Shown: piece by piece, positions 50,301-58,401 of the stretch
How positions within the stretch are numbered: position 1 is the first letter of the stretch
Layout: each line of letters opens with the position of its first letter
Assembly (NCBI GenBank): GCA_028284775.1
Contig: JANQRB010000044.1
Coordinates: forward strand, 65,342-129,341
Direction: 5' to 3'
DNA: 64,000 nt
From: Candidatus Kapaibacterium sp.
GTDB taxonomy: Bacteria > Bacteroidota > Ignavibacteria > Kapaibacteriales > UBA7675
Program-made: the position numbers and the translations under genes
Notes under the pieces: generated by a model
Database searches by the model: none
What the model was told of the DNA's origin: nothing
The model's input: the letters and a program-made list of their open reading frames with translations, nothing else

Positions 50301-50432
50301 AGTGACAGACTGCCGGCAGCGGCTGGAAACCTTCGTTTCACTTTCGTAACTGCCGGCCTGGCCTCCGGCACATATTATCTGCGACTGACCTCCGGAACTT
50401 TTGTCCTGCTACGAGTTATGCAGGTTAAATAG
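47340..50432 (+). CDS. SBBP beta-propeller repeat protein (DUF7948-like N-terminus) with T9SS C-terminal sorting domain
   Basis: ATG 47340. Signal ...LRRLPLLLVVLLALHQLQAQ. SBBP-type repeats (DIYVAGYTASDDFPVTPGSY; NAYVTGSTSSDEYFPLRNAF; NIYVAGSSESDDFPTTDN...). C-terminus LDIQPNPVGDAATIQARIS...GTYYLRLTSGTFVLLRVMQVK matches the T9SS CTD. Confidence 0.85.
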   Translation: MRGKISQFLHAMAPPADTKGSTLRRLPLLLVVLLALHQLQAQEFVANVGQWPEQVLFRTHACQPELWITEQGFVTDLRNEKLGSAAAMHYSFVAGRFQSAEGQQPLPGRYNYLQGDRVRGLSPRYRRVLLRNVYPDIDMVWYFEEGKARYDLLVHPGANPSSIRMNITGAATAGVTLAGDLQLASEAGTLQQRGLRAYQLDANRNQLEIKCCFKIDESRSPITVAFECGDYDKKRTLVIDPLVYSSYLGGADRDEILAMSIDSQGYTYVAGVTNSAQFPTVPGSYDTDGKGDRSAFVSKLSQDGSTLIWSTFLGGGADDQANAIALGPDNDVFVAGMTKSTDFPSTARFGRELERSIAFVARLSADGGSLRYGVLFGGEKDDVISAVTVDPSGNAYVTGSTSSDEYFPLRNAFDSDYNGGIDAFLLALNPAGDALLFASYLGGNGHDAGQDVSLSAEGSVILCGNTESENFPATVGTPINDSDAFLAVFDPDGSRRLIRLFGGEKDDVPLALIEGKDKDIYVAGYTASDDFPVTPGSYGQNPVGKDDAFVARIDRAGEILFARRLGGIERDYATAIDLDKSGGIFLSGATESSSFPISDNAPWPDWRGGRDAFVAHLHPDSSALLFATFIGGSDDDEAVAVAVDDQSNIYVAGSSESDDFPTTDNVLLPLFQQDRDGFITKFSIDAVARRPLLRVSAADLDFGTVSLGEKLVERVAISNVGNAPALLQKLSFSDNDENAFSDIFGSELPITIEPGTEYSAAFGFHPLSEGPKTAALTISGTANPILLRLKGSATEDDGSRDSAIVALPALEAASGDTVLLPLRILRIPASFDQRSATGFRAEFHFNASLLTPLDPALRGQINDGRQHIVIEGVYLGGSSNDVLAELPMICGLGDAEQSELILDCSSIRWEVDGSTIDQANVCRDGSFRLTDIWRFREDRLVNSNKGNLALDIQPNPVGDAATIQARISSAPAHLRLHDALGRPLIDLSDRLPAAAGNLRFTFVTAGLASGTYYLRLTSGTFVLLRVMQVK

Positions 50433-51322
50433 CGGCATTGCATTAATGGCATACGGCGAAGTCCTATCACGCCAAGCGTCATGAATTTGAATTGATGCCA
50501 AGAACAGGCAGCGGTGAATCACCGTTTCATTATCATCAGAATGAACGAAATATCGTTGACAGCGGTACAATGAAGATTGTGGCGGTCTTTAACAATCTTG
50601 CCGCACTTCCATTCCTGAACCGTGTTCTTCACAATGTCGTCGGATCACTGTTTTCAAACCGACCTGCTTTGTTAAAGTCAGAGATCATTCGAAAGAGTTT
50701 ATCTTCTAGCAGTGGCAAATCGGTTTTTTTGTTGTTTCCAGCTTGTTAAGCTCCTTCTTCCCAACAATGTCGATTAACAGCACAAGTCTCGCCAATGTCG
50801 GAGCAGGCAGCAATATAGCCATTCTCTAGGTCGGCAGCAGCATAGTCGTGTTTGAAGCAAGGGCCTTCCGGTCGATATCAGCGGCTGCGCCACGGCATGT
50901 CCCGTCGCACATGGCCTTATAAGCTTCCATAGAATCAGCTATGAACTGCGGACGCCAAGCATCCTGAGCTTGAGGCCCGAGTTAAATTCTGCCGACGGGC
51001 ATCGACAAGGTGACCTCGTCACTTTAGAAAGGTACATTTGCCCCGGCTTTAGGGAATTTTGCAATCGAAGGGAAAGGCGACAGGCGGGCAGTCAGGGAGG
51101 TAAGAACATCATTATCAGCTTAACTCTTAGTGGTGCTTGCGGCGGCATCTACATCCAATCCTAGCTTAAGATCGTCGTTCGACGTCGCCGGCGTTCTATC
51201 CGATGGAATGCTGCGGATTCACTATCGACGGTCGTAGAAAAACTTAAAAGTAAGGGCCTCTTGATCATCGCCGGACCAGCCGCTCTTCGGCCGGAGAACA
51301 TAAGTGTACGAGTTGTTTCCCT

Positions 51323-51859
51323 TCAGCTGGCGGGAAAGCGAATTGTCAGCTCCTCCCGTCCGGCGGCATAACTCGCAGGATAACGACGCAGATCGCTCGT
51401 TACCAGTGGCGAATCGCGCCAGCCGCCGTCGCTGGAAGAGAATTCAGCCCCGTGGCATGGGCATATCATATTGGCGCCGGGTTCGGCCGGCAAATTTACT
51501 TCACAAACCTGGTGCGTACAAAGGGCGGTGACGACCAGAAATTCGCTTTCACTCTTCCGGATGATAATCAATCGCCGGCCGTCGTTAAAGGGTGGTATTG
51601 CGATTTTGATTGCACCGCCAACCGATCCTAGTGCCGGATAGTCACTCAGGAGCAGCGTCGCAGCAGCATCCGGCTGAAGGGCATCGCCGGTAGATGGCCC
51701 GACGATCTTAACGACACGCGGTTCACACGAAGACAGGAGCTGGCCGAGCGCTCCACTGCAACATGCAGTACAGCAAAGCGTTCCTGCGCTGCGCAGAAAC
51801 TCCCGTCGTTGCTGCCTGCGTCTTGCTTGTACCTTTTTCGATTTAGCATTCGTTTGCAT
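51323..51859 (-). CDS. Rieske [2Fe-2S] domain protein with twin-arginine (Tat) signal
   Basis: ATG 51859 with GGAG SD 8 nt upstream. Tat-type motif RRRQQRREFLRSAGTL. Rieske cluster ligands CTHQVCEV ... CPCHGAEF (CxH...CxxH). Confidence 0.85.
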   Translation of the reverse strand: MQTNAKSKKVQARRRQQRREFLRSAGTLCCTACCSGALGQLLSSCEPRVVKIVGPSTGDALQPDAAATLLLSDYPALGSVGGAIKIAIPPFNDGRRLIIIRKSESEFLVVTALCTHQVCEVNLPAEPGANMICPCHGAEFSSSDGGWRDSPLVTSDLRRYPASYAAGREELTIRFPAS

Positions 51860-52115
51860 CGCCTGACTCCGGAACCGTTAAACACTTATTCGCCCGATAA
51901 CTCTGCTCAGCAAGGGTGATACATTTACGGGACGAATGTTACAGGCACACGCTGCAAGTCTCGTCCCTGCCTGAATGTTCGCCTTTTCCCAACGACGGGA
52001 TGTAATGAAGGCGGTCTTCAAAATACCGAGTCGGTCCAGACCCTTAACGCTTGTCGGCAAGTGCAGCAATCATATTTTTTGCAACGAAGATTGCAGTTTG
52101 AGTATTTTTGGTTCT

Positions 52116-54266
52116 ATGTGTCCAAGGTTAAGCACCGCCGTCCTCAGCTGCATCTTTCTTACTTTCAACCTGCTTGACGCCGCCGGCACCGACAGCAGCG
52201 CCCTTTCCTGGCGATACAGCCTGAGCGCTGCCCTGAGCTACAGCAGCCACTCGCCCGCGTTCGGGACTTTCGTGGACGAAGGCATCGAGCTGCCCGCAGA
52301 AGCAGGGATCTTCGATTCGGGCGATGATACGGGCCTCGGTCTATTCTTCGATGGCGCCGCTCAGCTGCATGACCGCCTCTGGCTGGGCTTGGCGCTTGAC
52401 TTTCGCAATGCCGACGGCGACATAAGTACGACCGAAGAAAAGACCTATATCATCCAGGGTGTGCCCACCAGTGGTGTTAACAATCACACTGTCTCATTTA
52501 CAATCCGTTCACTCGGCCTGACGCCCAGTCTGAGTTATGATTTACCCGGCAGCTTGTACCTGCGTGCCGGTCTGCGTCTGGCCTTTGTTATCGACGCTCC
52601 CTTCACACAACGTGAAACGATTCAATCACCGGAGGGGCTTGAATTCCCCAACGGCAGTTCACGACGCGTGCTGAGCGAGGCATCCGCCGGTTTTGATGAT
52701 GTTCAGATTCCCGGCGTCGCCGCTTTGCTGGGGCTGGGTGTTCATCTGCCGCTTAATGAAGCTGGCTCCTTGGGCCTACGGGGGGAGATGCACTATCAGA
52801 CCGATCTGACGAGTATCACCCACGATGTTGAATGGAAGGCTGCCACGCTGGCCCTGGCTTTGGGTATCACAATAACGCCGACTACCTCCATACCTGTCCT
52901 GCGCGACACCATCATCATGCGTGATACTATAATCGACAGGCGCGCCGACATCGAAACGGAGATAACACGGCTGGAAGAGCGAAACAGCAGCACCGAACGT
53001 AAGACGAGCGCCGAGCACATCCGCGAGACCCTGCGCATCACGGAACGCTATCGGCGCAGCGAGCCGAAAAAACCGCCGCTGCTCCTGCCTTCACTGAAGC
53101 TTCGCTTTGCGCTGCCTGATGGTAGTGAAGCGGAAGCGGTAGCCTTGCAGATTCGCCGCCGCCGGGAGAAATTTCGCGCACCGCTGCTGCCATACATCTT
53201 TTTCGCGGAAGGTTCCGATAGCCTGCCACAGCGGTATCGCTCCCAGGGAACCGCCTCGCCCGATGAATTCACCGAGTCTGATCTGGATAGGGTATCGCTG
53301 CCGGGCATGTACCGGGAGCTGCTGAACATCGTTGGCAGTCGATTGCGTCAACGCCCCGGAGCTACCCTCGTCATAACGGGTTGCAATGACGGCGGCCTTT
53401 CTGAAGCAGGCGACAGCGCTTTGTCGCAAAGGCGGGCGGCAGCAGTCCGTGACTTTTTGCGGGATCACTGGCAGATCAACCCCGAGCGCATGCCGCTCCG
53501 GTCGCGCCTGCTGCCGGAACGAGCTTCCTCCTTGCGCCATGCCAGCGGACGCGCCGAAAACCGTCGCGCCGAGCTCAGCTCTGATGATTCCGCCATCCTG
53601 GCTCCGGTTCGTCTGCAGCTAACGAGCTTCGAAGCGAATCCACCCGAGCTTCTATTGTACCCGGAGGTACTGACTACATCACTGTTGAGCCATTGGTCGA
53701 TTGCAGTGACCGCGGGCGATGCGTCGACGCGTCTGATACAACGCTGGGAAGGTGTCGGCAGCTTACCCCCGCTCCTGCGCTGGTCGATCGCTGAGGACAG
53801 CAGCGCCATGCGGCTTGTCCAGGGTGAGGAGCGCATGCAAAGCTTTCTCACGGTACAGGATACAGCGGGTTTCATCGCCATTAGTGACACGGGCAGCATT
53901 CGCTTTCGCCATTCGCAGCGCGACGTCGCGGCGGACGTCGAATTACGGGAGCGCTATTCGCTCCTGTTTTTTGGCTTCGACGATGCGGACCTCAGAACCG
54001 ACCAGCAGGATTATCTGCAAAGCATTCGGCCGGCGTTGCTGCAGGCAGACAGCATAGTAATCAGCGGTACGACGGACAACAGCGGCAGTGTATCTTACAA
54101 TCGGGCTCTTGCTCTGCAACGCGCAGAGAATGTCGCCGACTTGCTCGGTCTGCCGTCCTCGATACCGGTCAGCATCAAGGCGGCAAACGGCAGTCTGTCC
54201 AATGAGCTGCCTGAGGGACGCTGCTATAATCGCAGTGTGAGTATCCTGGTCGACCGAGGCGACTGA
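52116..54266 (+). CDS. Outer-membrane protein with two C-terminal OmpA-like domains
   Basis: Start tentatively at ATG 52116 (MCPRLSTAVLSCIFLTFNLLDAAG, signal-like). The track start 51975 adds 47 residues without a signal peptide. Two OmpA_C-like segments (GRAENRRAELS ; NRALALQRAENVADLL...GRCYNRSVSILV). Confidence 0.7.
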   Translation: MCPRLSTAVLSCIFLTFNLLDAAGTDSSALSWRYSLSAALSYSSHSPAFGTFVDEGIELPAEAGIFDSGDDTGLGLFFDGAAQLHDRLWLGLALDFRNADGDISTTEEKTYIIQGVPTSGVNNHTVSFTIRSLGLTPSLSYDLPGSLYLRAGLRLAFVIDAPFTQRETIQSPEGLEFPNGSSRRVLSEASAGFDDVQIPGVAALLGLGVHLPLNEAGSLGLRGEMHYQTDLTSITHDVEWKAATLALALGITITPTTSIPVLRDTIIMRDTIIDRRADIETEITRLEERNSSTERKTSAEHIRETLRITERYRRSEPKKPPLLLPSLKLRFALPDGSEAEAVALQIRRRREKFRAPLLPYIFFAEGSDSLPQRYRSQGTASPDEFTESDLDRVSLPGMYRELLNIVGSRLRQRPGATLVITGCNDGGLSEAGDSALSQRRAAAVRDFLRDHWQINPERMPLRSRLLPERASSLRHASGRAENRRAELSSDDSAILAPVRLQLTSFEANPPELLLYPEVLTTSLLSHWSIAVTAGDASTRLIQRWEGVGSLPPLLRWSIAEDSSAMRLVQGEERMQSFLTVQDTAGFIAISDTGSIRFRHSQRDVAADVELRERYSLLFFGFDDADLRTDQQDYLQSIRPALLQADSIVISGTTDNSGSVSYNRALALQRAENVADLLGLPSSIPVSIKAANGSLSNELPEGRCYNRSVSILVDRGD

Positions 54267-54276
54267 TTGTCAAGGC

Positions 54277-55272
54277 TCAATCTTTAAGATGCTGCAGTCG
54301 TGCGATCCAGTATTGTTCTTTGTCGCTGCCGGCGGCACGCAGGGCAGCCAGAGACCGCGACTTCAGTTGCAGCGCATCGGCCCGACGACCTTCCTGACCG
54401 GCGCCGAATGCCAATTCTCCCAATAGCTCGCCCTGTAGCTCCCGCCATTGGCCTGATTCCGCCAAAGCAAGCGCGCGTTTCAGTATGCTGCGACTGCTAT
54501 CCGGGTGGCCGAGCTGACGGTGAGCAACGCCAATCTGGCGCAGGCTGCGAACCCGATCCGCCGAGCCGGGCGGCGGCAGGTGCTCCCAGAGACCTAGAAT
54601 GACTTCTTCGATCTTCTGCGCTTTCGCTCCACCGCTTTCCACAAAGCCGTGCATTCGCTGTGATGCGTCGGAGGCCGATTTTGGCACTGTGTTTGCGTTG
54701 CGGGAACTGTCTGTTTGCGCCGCTTCTGCATCCGAAGGCGTCGGTACGTCGGGGATCTGACGCTCCGGCTCGACGGCTGACGGGCTGGGGGCCGGTACCG
54801 CCGCGGGCTGCGAATGTGAAATCGCCTCATCGACGGACTCCGTTTGATGGAAAGAACTGAAATTCTCCGACGGTGTCGCGGTCTGGTCATCACGCGTGGC
54901 GACCGGAAGAGGCGTCTTCTCCGTTGGAGCCGGCAGGACGTCACCAGCGGCGCCGGTATCATCGCCGGGTGCGAGCCATAGCAGCGAGCTGAGAATTATC
55001 ACACCCGCGCCGGCAAACCACAGCCAGAGCGGAGGCCGCCGCCGCTGGATCTGCAGTGCTGCCCGAATGCTTTCTTTAGTCGCAGCGCGATAATCAAGGG
55101 CGCGCGCGTCGCGGGACTGCTGTTCCGCCGTCAGGATTGTTTCCAGTCGCTGAAGGTCATGCAGTTCCTCAGCCAGAGAGCTGTCGTGCATCAGCAAGGC
55201 ATCGAGCTCGGCCTGCTCGGCGGGACTGAGGCTGCCGTCCAAAGCTTTAGCGATTAATTCATCATGTCTCAT
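54277..55272 (-). CDS. Membrane-anchored anti-sigma factor (putative), single TM, periplasmic C-terminal helical domain
   Basis: ATGA start/stop overlap with the upstream ECF sigma gene (55269-55272). N-terminus MRHDELIAKALDGSLSPAEQAELDALL resembles an anti-sigma N-domain. TM helix LWLWFAGAGVIILSSLLWLA. Pro/Ala-rich linker, then a helical C-terminus. Confidence 0.6.
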   Translation of the reverse strand: MRHDELIAKALDGSLSPAEQAELDALLMHDSSLAEELHDLQRLETILTAEQQSRDARALDYRAATKESIRAALQIQRRRPPLWLWFAGAGVIILSSLLWLAPGDDTGAAGDVLPAPTEKTPLPVATRDDQTATPSENFSSFHQTESVDEAISHSQPAAVPAPSPSAVEPERQIPDVPTPSDAEAAQTDSSRNANTVPKSASDASQRMHGFVESGGAKAQKIEEVILGLWEHLPPPGSADRVRSLRQIGVAHRQLGHPDSSRSILKRALALAESGQWRELQGELLGELAFGAGQEGRRADALQLKSRSLAALRAAGSDKEQYWIARLQHLKD

Positions 55273-55826
55273 TCTTCATCTGATAAATAGGGTTGCAGAC
55301 TTGTACGAAGCATTTTCTTGGCGCGATGGATGCGCACTTTCACGAGCGCCATCGAAATATCGAGCCGCTGCGCTATTTCGTGATAGGCAAAGCCATCCCT
55401 GTATTTTAACTCGAAAGCAGCGCGGAACTCCTCCGGGAGTGCGGCGATCGCTTTGTTCAAAGCTTCAGCGAAAAAAATATCCTTATCCGGTCCTCTCTCC
55501 GGAGCCGCGAGTGCATAGCCCGCGTCATCGATGTCGGTCGTCTGCAATTGGTTGCGTACCGACAGCAGACAGTTGTTCCGCGCGATGGTAAACATCCAGC
55601 CGGCAAAGTTGCCTCCCTTGAATTGTTCCGCTTTCTGAAACACCGTCATCAAGGTCGATTGATAGATATCTTCGGCAACCTGCCGGTTCTTCGTCGCTGC
55701 CAGACAGTAGGCATACAACCGCCGATCATAACGCCGGTACAACTCGTCGAAAGCAGCCTCATCCCTCTGTTGTATAAGGGTCAGGAGCGCTTCGTCTGTC
55801 TGACACTGGTACGCCGCTTTGTTCAT
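55269..55826 (-). CDS. ECF-subfamily RNA polymerase sigma-70 factor
   Basis: 185 aa. Region-2-like YRRYDRRLYAYCLAATKNRQVAEDIYQSTLMTVF and a region-4 HTH near the C-terminus (FAYHEIAQRLDISMALVKVRIHRAKKMLR). Confidence 0.85.
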   Translation of the reverse strand: MNKAAYQCQTDEALLTLIQQRDEAAFDELYRRYDRRLYAYCLAATKNRQVAEDIYQSTLMTVFQKAEQFKGGNFAGWMFTIARNNCLLSVRNQLQTTDIDDAGYALAAPERGPDKDIFFAEALNKAIAALPEEFRAAFELKYRDGFAYHEIAQRLDISMALVKVRIHRAKKMLRTSLQPYLSDEE

Positions 55827-55894
55827 TCTTCGCAGTCCGTTTCATTGCTTCGGGGGCAGGAATACACAATATCGGCAATTGTTACAAGGGTATT

Positions 55895-56069
55895 CTTGTG
55901 GATTGAGATTATTTAGGATTGGTCGGGGGTGGTTTGTGGGGCGACCACGGGGGACACGGAGGCACGGGGGACACTTCAGTTGGCGGGCTCTTGTGGATGG
56001 AGATTATTCAGGATTGGTCGGAGGTGGTTTGTGGGGCGACCACGGGGGACACGGAGGCACGGGGGACAT
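55895..56069 (+). repeat. Tandem direct repeat: two ~80-bp G-tract-rich units with 95-bp period in the sigma/heme-cluster divergent intergenic region
   Basis: Unit 1 is 55895-55974 (cttgtggattgagattatttaggattggtcgggggtggtttgtggggcgaccacgggggacacggaggcacgggggacac). Unit 2 is 55990-56069, differing at ~4 positions, with a 15-bp spacer. Each unit has G5/G4/G5/G5 tracts. GGATTGG occurs in each unit and again at ~56141. Confidence 0.9.
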
Positions 56070-56273
56070 TTTAGCGGCTGCGGCTTTGGGTGAAGATGGC
56101 GGTTGCCTGTTAAGAAAAATGGGCGGGACTGTAACAATCGGATTGGATTTACATTCCTGGCGCAAGTTTTATTATTGCTTCGGCGGAATTAACAAATAGC
56201 ATCGCGTGGAGTATTGTGAAGGGTGCTATGTCGGCGGCGGCAATTTTTTCGGATTATTCGGATGCAAAGTTGT

Positions 56274-57518
56274 ATGATTAAACAACAGACCATCAAGGCG
56301 CTGGCATTAAGTCTGGCGATCGTGCTCCTGCCGCACTGCAGTTCAGACGAGGACGGCGGTAGTCCGAGCTCTCCTTCCCTGGAAGATGCCGTGATAATTG
56401 ATCCCGCGGATGCTGCGATCGCGATAGGTGAGCAGCTTCAACTACAGGCCCGGCATGCAGGCGCAGCGGTTGAAGTTCATTGGAAGGTGGCGCAAGGGCC
56501 GGGCAGCATCGACGACAGCGGCGTCTACAGCGCGCCCGCGAGCCTGACGGTTCGTTCGGTAACCGCCACCATTCGGGCCACGATGCAGCGTGACGAGTCG
56601 ATTCGCGGCTTTGCGCAGATTGTCGTCAGCACTAACGAACCCGACCCAAATGACGATCCCGGTACAACGGTCTCCCTGGCAGTACAGCCTGAGTCGGCCG
56701 CGCTCAATCTTAACGAAGAGCTGCAGTGCCAGGCATTTTTCAACGGCCAGCCTGCAAGCGGCGTTTCCTGGGCAGTGACGGAAGGGCCCGGAACGGTCGA
56801 TGCCAATGGACTCTACCGCGCGCCATCCTCAATTGACGCGTCAAAGCTGCGCGCCCTCATCGAGGTCCGTAGCGCGGGATCGCCGCCACTCACGCGCAGC
56901 GTAGAAGTTCAAGTATACAACTACATGCCCGGCACGGTCTGTTTTCAGCGCGACGTGATGCCGATGCTCTTGTCGAACTGCGCTATGAGCGGCTGTCACG
57001 ACGCCAAGACACATGCCGATGGCATAGACCTCTCCAGTTATGAAGCGATGATGCGCTCGCATGAAACGGTACGGCCGTACAATGCGGGAGACAGTGAACT
57101 CTACGAGTCGATCACCGACTTCGGCGATGACGACCTGATGCCGCCGCCGCCCCGCGATCCGTTGTCAAAAGAGCAGATTGCACTGGTCCGACGCTGGATC
57201 AATGAAGGCGCCCCGGACTCGGATTGCGCTCCGCCGGACGGCAGCAACTGCGATACGGTCGATGTCGGCTTCCGTTCTACCATTCAGCCTCTGATGCAAA
57301 GCTATTGCGTCGGCTGCCACAGCAATGCCGCGCCGGCAGACAATCTTGCTCTGGAAAGCTACGAACAGGTCCGCAACTCAGCTCGCGATGGCGGCCTCCT
57401 GGGATCGATCGTCCACGATCCGGCTTACAAAGCCATGCCGTCAAAGGATCTGAAGCTGAACGACTGCCAGATCAAACAGATCCGGGTCTGGATTGCTGCC
57501 GGTACACCGGATAACTAA
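56274..57518 (+). CDS. Lipoprotein with two Ig-like (Big_2-type) domains and two PSCyt1-type (Planctomycete cytochrome c) c-heme-binding modules
   Basis: Start tentatively at ATG 56274 (MIKQQTIKALALSLAIVLLPHCSS); the track start is GTG 56223. Module 1 is FQRDVMPMLLSNCAMSGCHDAK...LMPPPP...WINEGAP (C-x4-CH). Module 2 is FRSTIQPLMQSYCVGCHSNAAP...AMPS...WIAAGTP (canonical CxxCH). Both follow the PSCyt1 pattern F..V.P.L...C..CH...MPP...WI..G. Confidence 0.75.
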   Translation: MIKQQTIKALALSLAIVLLPHCSSDEDGGSPSSPSLEDAVIIDPADAAIAIGEQLQLQARHAGAAVEVHWKVAQGPGSIDDSGVYSAPASLTVRSVTATIRATMQRDESIRGFAQIVVSTNEPDPNDDPGTTVSLAVQPESAALNLNEELQCQAFFNGQPASGVSWAVTEGPGTVDANGLYRAPSSIDASKLRALIEVRSAGSPPLTRSVEVQVYNYMPGTVCFQRDVMPMLLSNCAMSGCHDAKTHADGIDLSSYEAMMRSHETVRPYNAGDSELYESITDFGDDDLMPPPPRDPLSKEQIALVRRWINEGAPDSDCAPPDGSNCDTVDVGFRSTIQPLMQSYCVGCHSNAAPADNLALESYEQVRNSARDGGLLGSIVHDPAYKAMPSKDLKLNDCQIKQIRVWIAAGTPDN

Positions 57519-57753
57519 ATCCTGTCCGCTTCCGCAAGAAGATAATCTCTCTTCGTTTGTCCGTTCCCCCCGACACTTCTTTGCCCGGGCAAAGAATGGC
57601 GTCGGGGGTCGTTTTTTCGGCAATAATTGGCCGGAAGAAAAAATTCATTCCCAGATTGGTCGGGATTGATGAACTTTGCGGTCAGAAAGACCTCCGGCAA
57701 GGACTAGTGCTCAATCGTTCAGTACTATTCACCAGAAAGGAGAAGTTGCGACC

Positions 57754-58281
57754 GTGAAATCCAACAAAGCAGGCAACTGGAGACGATGGATACTTTGGGG
57801 ACTGCTGGCGCTCGTCATTGTCATTCAGCTGATTCCGGTGGAACGCGGTAATCCGCCCGTTGAAACGACCATCGGTGCACCCGAGGCCGTAATGGCTATT
57901 CTGCGCAGCGCCTGTTACGACTGTCATTCCAATGAATCGCATTGGCCCTGGTACAGTTATGTTGCGCCTGTTTCCTGGCTTATTGCGCACGATGTGGAGG
58001 AAGGCCGCGAGCATCTCAACTTTTCGACCTGGAACCGATTCAGCGACAAAGACCGCGTTGAGCTGCGCGAGGAGATATGGGAGGAAGTCGAAGAGGGCGA
58101 AATGCCGCTCGCAATTTATTTGCCATTGCACCCCGAAGCCGAGCTGAGTGAGAGCCAGAAAGCCACGTTACGCAGTTGGGCTCTCGGCAGCGCACACAGT
58201 GGCAACCGGGACGCGCGTCTGGAGCCGAGCCAGGCCCGCAGCGGCGAGGAGCATCAAGACGCAAGCCATGAAACACATTAA
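57754..58281 (+). CDS. Membrane-anchored Haem_bd (PF14376-like) heme-binding domain protein
   Basis: GTG 57754 with AAAGGAGAAG SD ~8 nt upstream (the track ORF starts at TTG 57676). N-terminal TM WRRWILWGLLALVIVIQLIPV. CYDCHSNESHWPWYSYVAPVSWLIAHDVEEGREHLNFSTW matches the Haem_bd signature, including CxxCH. Confidence 0.7.
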   Translation: MKSNKAGNWRRWILWGLLALVIVIQLIPVERGNPPVETTIGAPEAVMAILRSACYDCHSNESHWPWYSYVAPVSWLIAHDVEEGREHLNFSTWNRFSDKDRVELREEIWEEVEEGEMPLAIYLPLHPEAELSESQKATLRSWALGSAHSGNRDARLEPSQARSGEEHQDASHETH

Positions 58282-58401
58282 AAAACACTAGACTTTCGGA
58301 AGGCTTAAGGCCGTTCGGCCCAGGGCCCCTACGGCAAGCTCGAAGATCGTGTTTACCGGTCGCGAAAGGACCGGCATAATTTTCAGGAAAGGATTGTAAC
58401 G

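Noticed and set aside
50826-50930. Sub-threshold minus-strand micro-ORF MEAYKAMCDGTCRGAAADIDRKALASNTTMLLPT, followed by a second MAILLPAPT... micro-ORF in the 890-bp convergent gap near the Rieske gene
   Set aside because: Too short, no SD, no conservation evidence. Noted only because of the CDGTC motif near a Rieske protein; could be checked for RiPP-like precursors, but unsupported here.
55819-56199. 126-aa ORF spanning the tandem repeat
   Set aside because: The Gly/His-rich low-complexity translation is an artefact of reading through the G-tract repeat.
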